From a candidate division FCPU426 bacterium (GTDB lineage: Bacteria > Oederibacteriota > Muellerivitia > Muellerivitales > Muellerivitaceae), in the NCBI GenBank assembly GCA_963847625.1, contig CAWKAR010000039.1, positions 128,001 to 192,000 of the forward strand: DNA of 64,000 nt, read 5' to 3'. Under the pieces are notes generated by a model, which made no database searches, was not told where the DNA came from, and was given only the letters and a program-made list of their open reading frames with translations. The position numbers were made by a program, and so were the translations under genes. This document shows, piece after piece, positions 57,990 through 64,000 of this stretch; the stretch's first letter is position 1, and the number at the start of each line of letters is the position of its first letter.

Positions 57990-60224
57990 ATGAGGGCAAA
58001 CACAGGCGTGATATGTTTTATAGCTATCCTGGTTTTGCCGGTATTGCCGGCGTTTGCTGACCATGGGGCGCTGACAAGCACGGATCGGGATGGATGGGTT
58101 GATTCCGCCATCCAGGACGTGGTGGATGCCGGGCTGGCTTCCCAACCTGTTAAACCCGTGAACCAGTTGACTAACCTGGAAGTGGCCCAGATGACCTGTT
58201 TGGCGGCCCAATCCTGGATGGCCCAGGACCGCGAAACGCTGACTTCCGGGGGCTCAGATACCAAGACTCAAACCGGGACGGCGGACCGGAGCCTCCAAAA
58301 ACTCGTAGATGAATTCAAAATCGAATTAGAGGCCATGGATTTAGACGTGTCCCACTTGGTGGATAGGTATTACGACATCCTGCACCGCAACGAAAAATTT
58401 GAAACGCTCCAGAAGGAATACCTGAAACAGACCGGAACCAACTTGGCGGGCTATTCCCGGGCCTATTTCAATACGTACCGGGGTTTCGGCCCTAACGCCA
58501 TTTACGGCCCCATGGATTACAACGATATTCTGTTCGGGGATATCCGCTTGAAAAGCGTGCCGGTCCCTTTCGTGCTTTTCAACACGGACCTGCGTCTCAC
58601 GCGCACCATCGGCCTGCTTTACGCCGAACCCGTCAATCCCAACCTAACCTTGCGGTGGATATCCCTCACCAACACCAACGAAGTGGCCAACCTCACGGTG
58701 GGCGATTTTTACCGGAGCTATACGCCCCTGACCTTTTGGAACAACGAAATACCGGTTTACACCATGATCGAACCGGCCTCCTATAACCGCGCCCGAAAAG
58801 ACCTTGAGGAACTGGTTTACATGGACCATGGGCCCGATTGGCGCATGAGGGGTTTCGAAGGGGCTTCCGACCAGGCGGTCATTAACAGCGACGTGTTCAG
58901 CTCCTTTCATCTCCAAGCCATGGGAGGGATCGTGACCCCGGAATCCCAATATGTTTTTGCCAACGATTACGCCGGAAGCGAGGCCGCCATCGACCTATTT
59001 GGGGATAAATTTGAACTGAAGGGAAGCGGGTTGATGCTTTGGGCGGACACCAACTCGGCGGATTATTACCCGGGCATTACTCCCCCCGACCGGCAATACC
59101 AGGTTGGAAGCCTTTCGGCCAAGACGAATATTCCCTTCGGTAAGGCCGTCAGTTTCTCGGCGTCCGGGGAATACGCTTACAGCTTTTACCAGAATGATTC
59201 AGTCAACCTCCAAGACACCCTCAAGGATTGGGCGTTGGAAGCTAAAGGCGCCCTAGCTGTTGAAGGCGTCCAATTGTCCGGCAAGTACCTCAGTAACGGC
59301 CCTTATTTCTACTCACCCGGGGCACAAACCAACCGGTTTTCTCCGGATTTGGCGGGCAGTAGTTTCAACGTCCTGGATGACGGACTCAACGATTACTTAT
59401 CGGGTTTTGCTTTCCAAGGGGTCAATCAACAGATTTTTGAGCCCTATGACCGCATGTCGGAAAACATCCTACCTTACGGCGACGCAACCCCGGATCGAGA
59501 GGGTTTGATCCTGGGTTTCACCGCCGATATCGGAAAGGGAGGCTGGCTAAAACCCCAGGCGTCCTATGTGGTGAAAATGAAGGAACTCCAGCCTAATTAC
59601 GTATTAACCGGGACCGGCAATGAGGTTCTACCGGTGGACTCGGCAGAACCTGTGACCTCCATCCGGAGTTTTGGCGGGTATGAAGGGGCCTTGACGGTGA
59701 ACCTGGCCAAGGCCCTGGAAGGAACGCCTAAAACCTGTGCTTTGTCAGGGGATTACAAACACCAAACCACCGATCTGGGAACAGGAGCAAGTTCCTTTAT
59801 CGTCAATACCTATATCATCTGTGCGGACATCGGACCCTTCCCACAAGTCCCGCTTTTTGAGGGTTTGATTCTCTCGGCAGCTTATGAGCAGGCTGCTTCC
59901 AGCGGTTACGAGTACACATTGAACACCCCGGCGTTCACCCAGGCGGCCGATATTCCAACCTTGGCCGAATACTATTTCTATTTCAACAACCTTCCAACTA
60001 ATGCTAACCCATATAACCAGTCATATGATCCGAAAAACGCATTATACAAACTTCAACTCCTGGATTTCACCAAGACCTCCTGGGCTTTCGGGCTTAAATG
60101 TCCGGTGAGCCGCACCATAGTGGTTCATGGGGACTGGTTCATCAATGGTTACACCTGGAGCAATGTGCCGGGTTATGACCGGCGTGAACAGATATGGAGA
60201 GCGACTTGTGAAGTTTCTTTCTAA
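57990..60224 (+). CDS. SLH-like / coiled-coil / predicted beta-barrel outer-membrane protein 2
   Basis: WVDSAIQDVVDAGL...TNLEVA, LQKLVDEFKIEL, terminal CEVSF. Confidence 0.72.
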   Translation: MRANTGVICFIAILVLPVLPAFADHGALTSTDRDGWVDSAIQDVVDAGLASQPVKPVNQLTNLEVAQMTCLAAQSWMAQDRETLTSGGSDTKTQTGTADRSLQKLVDEFKIELEAMDLDVSHLVDRYYDILHRNEKFETLQKEYLKQTGTNLAGYSRAYFNTYRGFGPNAIYGPMDYNDILFGDIRLKSVPVPFVLFNTDLRLTRTIGLLYAEPVNPNLTLRWISLTNTNEVANLTVGDFYRSYTPLTFWNNEIPVYTMIEPASYNRARKDLEELVYMDHGPDWRMRGFEGASDQAVINSDVFSSFHLQAMGGIVTPESQYVFANDYAGSEAAIDLFGDKFELKGSGLMLWADTNSADYYPGITPPDRQYQVGSLSAKTNIPFGKAVSFSASGEYAYSFYQNDSVNLQDTLKDWALEAKGALAVEGVQLSGKYLSNGPYFYSPGAQTNRFSPDLAGSSFNVLDDGLNDYLSGFAFQGVNQQIFEPYDRMSENILPYGDATPDREGLILGFTADIGKGGWLKPQASYVVKMKELQPNYVLTGTGNEVLPVDSAEPVTSIRSFGGYEGALTVNLAKALEGTPKTCALSGDYKHQTTDLGTGASSFIVNTYIICADIGPFPQVPLFEGLILSAAYEQAASSGYEYTLNTPAFTQAADIPTLAEYYFYFNNLPTNANPYNQSYDPKNALYKLQLLDFTKTSWAFGLKCPVSRTIVVHGDWFINGYTWSNVPGYDRREQIWRATCEVSF

Positions 60225-60258
60225 TGGAAAACTCTTTGAATGGGGGACCGAGCGGATC

Positions 60259-62571
60259 GTGAATAAAAGTAGAATTTCGTCCATATTCTCATTGATATTT
60301 CTTCTCCTGAGCCTGCCTTGGCTTGCGGAAGGGAATACTCCCGTTGATCTTTTCTCGATCGTATCGGCTGGCGATCCCGCTTATACGGAGTTGATAGAAT
60401 TGGCCGATGCGGGTTGGCTTTCCGCGAAAGATGTGACCCCTACCAGCTTGACGCGGTTTGACGTGGCCCAACTGATTCAAAAAGCGGAAAAAGCTTCCGG
60501 GGAACTCATCGTGGCCCAGGCGGCCGCGACCCCCGGCGTCTCCGATCAGGAAGACATGCTCCTGCCGGCGCAAGAGACAACGGCAGGCCCGGCCACCAGC
60601 GCGGGGCCCGCCACCCTGACCCCGGCCGATCGCGCACAAGCGCGTTTGAAGGCGGCCAAGGCCCTTCATAGTTTGGAAGAGGCTTACCGTTATGAGCTAC
60701 AGGAATTAAAAGATAAAGTGAAGGCTCTTCGGGCGAAAGCCTCCGACCTGGAATCCCAGCAGTACGACCTGAGGAAGAGACTGAAAGGTATTACCCAATA
60801 TCCCACGATCGCGGTGCACGGGTATGGGCTGGGGCTTGGCTATACCCAACAATATTCCGGGGATGAATCCGGATTGAAATTATTAAATCCAGGCACACGG
60901 TATACTTATGGTTTTTTAGATTTGCAACCAGAGGGAACTGTATCCAAGGAAGTGCGTTGGAGCGTTATTTTCAGGGTCGCATCCAACTTTCTACCTACTA
61001 CCACTGATTTTACTTTCAGCGTCTGCCGGATAACCCTGGAGTTCAATCCGTCCTGGCTTTCAGCCACTTTCGGCGATTTCGATGAAGCTTACACCCCTTT
61101 CACCTTATGGAACCGAAATACCCTGGATTTAAAATATGTCCCGGAAATGTGGGCCAGATGGGATTCCCGCGCGAAGTACGAAAACTTTTTCGACAACGAA
61201 CCTTATTGGCCTTTCCGGGGTTTGAGGTTGGGGGAGGCCCTGATGTGGCCCGATTCGGACTTGCTGGAATCGCTCAAGGTTTCCGGCTTTATTCATATGA
61301 TCCGCAATGGATTTAACGACAACGGAGGCTGGTATTACGGATCCGGTCAATATACGGATTGGATTTTCGGGGGAACCGCTGGTTTGAAATCCCCCCAATG
61401 GTACCTGGGTTCAAGGACCCTTCAGTTGAGTGTGGATACCTACGGACTCATCCTGGACGAATCCTTGGATACCGAACTACCGGGTGCTCCTTACGACCCG
61501 CTGAATCCCCTGACTTGGGCGCATCAATACCTGACCGGCAGCGTCAAACCCGACGTGAAGGTCGGACTAGGGGATGATTGCTACGCAGGAGGGACGGCCG
61601 AGTATGCTTATTCCCGCTACCAGGACGACAAGAGGGACCCCGACCGCATGATCGGGGATTACGCGGTCATGGCCGGACCTTACCTGCAGTTTTCGGATTC
61701 CAGGGTTTCGGTGAATTATCTGAATGTGGGGCCTTATTATTATTCACCTTTGGCCCAGACACGCCAGGACGCGGCAAATGCGGGTACCACCCTTTCCCCC
61801 GACCTTTATGAGCCCGTCCTGCGCAGCCAGTATTTCCTCACGAATGTTCCGAATCCCGGTGCCATATTCGGTTATTACGACCGGACCCAGGACAACACTT
61901 TTCCCTACGGTTTGGCCACCCCCAACCGGGAAGGATTCGGATTGGACGCGGACCTGAAGGTATTGAAAAAAGATTCCTTGAAGATAAAGGGGTCGGCCTA
62001 TTGGGTCAAAGAAATCACCGGCAACATGGTCATCAATACCCTCGGGACGGGGTATGTCCCGGTGGACAGCCCAGCCAACACCTATCTGGTGCCGGTCCGC
62101 AACTTCACCTACATCAACGTGGGGCCCTCCTTCAACCTAGGCCCTTACTTGGGCCTTGACCGGGATTTGGAACTTGGTACCAACCTGCGTTACGAGCGAA
62201 CCACCAGCGACTTGGGGACCCTTAACAGCGCCTGGATCATTGGAGGAATCCGGGTGGATCTTTTACCGGTGTGGGAAATCTCGGCGGCATTCAGTCAACA
62301 GAACGCCAAGGGAACCGAAGCCGGGTTAGGTGGCACTCTTTGGGCCCGATACCCCTACTTGTATGATTATTCGGACTTGGGTAATTATTCACCGGTCCAG
62401 GTGGACGGGAATATCCAAAGTCTGAGATTTTCCAACGTTTTCAAGGTCAACCGGAATTCCGACATCTTCATTGATTACGATTGGACCTCGGGAAACATGC
62501 TGCCGACAAAACCCGTCCAGGGAACGTTGGTGAACCAATTTATCGAGTTAAGCTATGAAGTCCGGTTTTAA
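60259..62571 (+). CDS. SLH-like / coiled-coil / predicted beta-barrel outer-membrane protein 3
   Basis: PAYTELIELADAGWL...LTRFDVA, coiled coil, terminal YEVRF; GTG start inferred. Confidence 0.75.
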   Translation: MNKSRISSIFSLIFLLLSLPWLAEGNTPVDLFSIVSAGDPAYTELIELADAGWLSAKDVTPTSLTRFDVAQLIQKAEKASGELIVAQAAATPGVSDQEDMLLPAQETTAGPATSAGPATLTPADRAQARLKAAKALHSLEEAYRYELQELKDKVKALRAKASDLESQQYDLRKRLKGITQYPTIAVHGYGLGLGYTQQYSGDESGLKLLNPGTRYTYGFLDLQPEGTVSKEVRWSVIFRVASNFLPTTTDFTFSVCRITLEFNPSWLSATFGDFDEAYTPFTLWNRNTLDLKYVPEMWARWDSRAKYENFFDNEPYWPFRGLRLGEALMWPDSDLLESLKVSGFIHMIRNGFNDNGGWYYGSGQYTDWIFGGTAGLKSPQWYLGSRTLQLSVDTYGLILDESLDTELPGAPYDPLNPLTWAHQYLTGSVKPDVKVGLGDDCYAGGTAEYAYSRYQDDKRDPDRMIGDYAVMAGPYLQFSDSRVSVNYLNVGPYYYSPLAQTRQDAANAGTTLSPDLYEPVLRSQYFLTNVPNPGAIFGYYDRTQDNTFPYGLATPNREGFGLDADLKVLKKDSLKIKGSAYWVKEITGNMVINTLGTGYVPVDSPANTYLVPVRNFTYINVGPSFNLGPYLGLDRDLELGTNLRYERTTSDLGTLNSAWIIGGIRVDLLPVWEISAAFSQQNAKGTEAGLGGTLWARYPYLYDYSDLGNYSPVQVDGNIQSLRFSNVFKVNRNSDIFIDYDWTSGNMLPTKPVQGTLVNQFIELSYEVRF

Positions 62572-62637
62572 ATGTTGTCAAAAACAGGTTAAAGTGTTAC
62601 GGGAAACATATCTGAACCCGAAGAAGGGGATAGAACC

Positions 62638-63312
62638 ATGAATGCAAAATTATTCAAGAATTTGGGCTTAGCCGCCTTGGGCCTATTGTCGTTATTATTT
62701 CTTTACCAGGGTTGTACTACGAAAATTCCAACCTTGTCAGCGATGAAATCCTATCCCTCTTCTTGTCAACCCCTCCTTTTGAACGCTTTTGAGAGTTTAG
62801 ATAATTTAAGTTCTTCCAATCCAAGTGGTTCCTCCACCATAACTGCCAATCTAACCCTTTCTCCCCTGCACGTGACACAAGGTGTATCTTCTTTGGATAT
62901 CGATATTTATAACCCTCCCCTAGCATCACCAGGTGTCGTCTATAATTGGAACGATCAAATCTTATACGATACTTTAACCCCGCCCCAACCAACAACTTGG
63001 GCAAATTTTACCCAAGCTATCGCAGATGTTTACATTGATCCCAGCGTGATTGCAGGAGCAACTTACCATTCACTTAATCTCTACGCCAAAGCGAGTAGTG
63101 GCAATTACCAATCCCTTTGCTCCAACCAACCCAGTATCACGTCAGGGCAACAATCAATCACTTGGGTAATTGACTCCATCCCATCCGGTGCGACACTTAC
63201 GGTTATTTTCTTAATTCTCAACGCCAATACCACCAACGGAAGTGGAAACATCTACCTGGACAATCTCCGGTTGGTTTATAAAGAATGCCCGACTCCCACA
63301 CCCATTCCTTGA
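62638..63312 (+). CDS. Lipoprotein with a single CBM-like domain
   Basis: YQGC lipobox; domain homologous to the second CBM-like domain of 27839 (LDIDI...GNIYLDN.R.VY..CPTPTP). Confidence 0.8.
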   Translation: MNAKLFKNLGLAALGLLSLLFLYQGCTTKIPTLSAMKSYPSSCQPLLLNAFESLDNLSSSNPSGSSTITANLTLSPLHVTQGVSSLDIDIYNPPLASPGVVYNWNDQILYDTLTPPQPTTWANFTQAIADVYIDPSVIAGATYHSLNLYAKASSGNYQSLCSNQPSITSGQQSITWVIDSIPSGATLTVIFLILNANTTNGSGNIYLDNLRLVYKECPTPTPIP

Positions 63313-63564
63313 CCCACATTTCTTATCAATAAATAGTTACAATCTTTCAAAGTTTAAATCCTTTCCGAATTTATTTTCTGGCATTGTTCTTAGTGCCTCC
63401 AAAGCTTATTCCTGAAAGCCTGAACCTATCAATTATGAATAGAAATGAGAAATGAAGCCCGGCAATCTTATAATGATCTTATTCAATGTCTTTGTGGTCC
63501 GTTTGTAAACCGAACGGTTGTTTTAATTTTAAAAACTTTCGGTGCCATGCCGTAGAATACCAGA

Positions 63565-64000
63565 ATGGTAAAAACGGAAAGCCTATCCACAAAGGAAAAA
63601 GGTTTCTTATGCTTGGGAGTGGTTTGGGCGGGATTGGTTTTCATCCATTATTATTCCTGGTCTTCCCTGGCTGATTTTGCCTTTCTCAAGACTCTCGCCG
63701 CAGACTTGAAGCGGGGCACTGATTTCCGGTTTCAATCAAACGGACTTTCTTTCCTGAAAAACCTTCTTTTAACGCTGAATATCTGGCTCACCCTCTGGAT
63801 GTGGGGCCGGCGGTTCAGGAAATGGCTGGGCCTTTCCCTGGGAAACAGAGCTATAAAGATTTCGGCGGAATTCGCCCTGGGCGTGGCGGGGGCCAACGCC
63901 CTTTGGCTCGGGACGGGGTTGTCCCATCTTTGGTTCCAAATCCTGCTTTTTCCACTGGCCCTTGCGGCTTGGGGAACGGCTCTTTTTGATTTTTTCTTCA
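63565..64000 (+). CDS. Polytopic membrane protein, partial (runs off the window)
   Basis: Manual translation MVKTESLSTKEKGFLCLGVVWAGLVFIHYY... is open to the end with several hydrophobic segments. Confidence 0.65.
   Translation, partial: MVKTESLSTKEKGFLCLGVVWAGLVFIHYYSWSSLADFAFLKTLAADLKRGTDFRFQSNGLSFLKNLLLTLNIWLTLWMWGRRFRKWLGLSLGNRAIKISAEFALGVAGANALWLGTGLSHLWFQILLFPLALAAWGTALFDFFF

Noticed and set aside
63565..64000. GT-C protein O-glycosyltransferase for the Thr-rich stalks
   Set aside because: Only an N-terminal hydrophobic fragment is visible; no diagnostic motif.

Overview
The window has two compartments. (1) About 1-9.5 kb is an AT-rich integrative island. It starts at a tRNA-Gln 3'-end remnant (att site) overlapped by a large serine recombinase and carries defence-type cargo: a HEPN protein, an MNT-HepT toxin-antitoxin pair and a type IIG restriction-modification enzyme. 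It also holds a non-coding repeat array and is cut off on the right by a complete IS30 element. (2) About 10.6-64 kb is a GC-rich plant-polysaccharide utilisation region: GH9, GH26-like, GH31, two GH2, GH36, GH44, another clan-A GH, GalK/GalT, an arabinokinase-like kinase, an NTase and a sugar-binding protein. It also encodes a family of Thr/Pro-stalked lipoproteins built from shuffled CBM-like domains, and three tandem SLH/coiled-coil/beta-barrel (OmpM/SomA-like) outer-membrane proteins. No SusC/SusD/TonB-dependent transporter was recognised. The strongest unexplained signal is a 74-77 bp double-hairpin element (3 full copies, 1 truncated by IS30) with compensatory stem changes. Each copy sits inside another palindromic intergenic repeat, and removing it restores the host repeat. 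All family assignments come from motifs read by eye; no searches were run.
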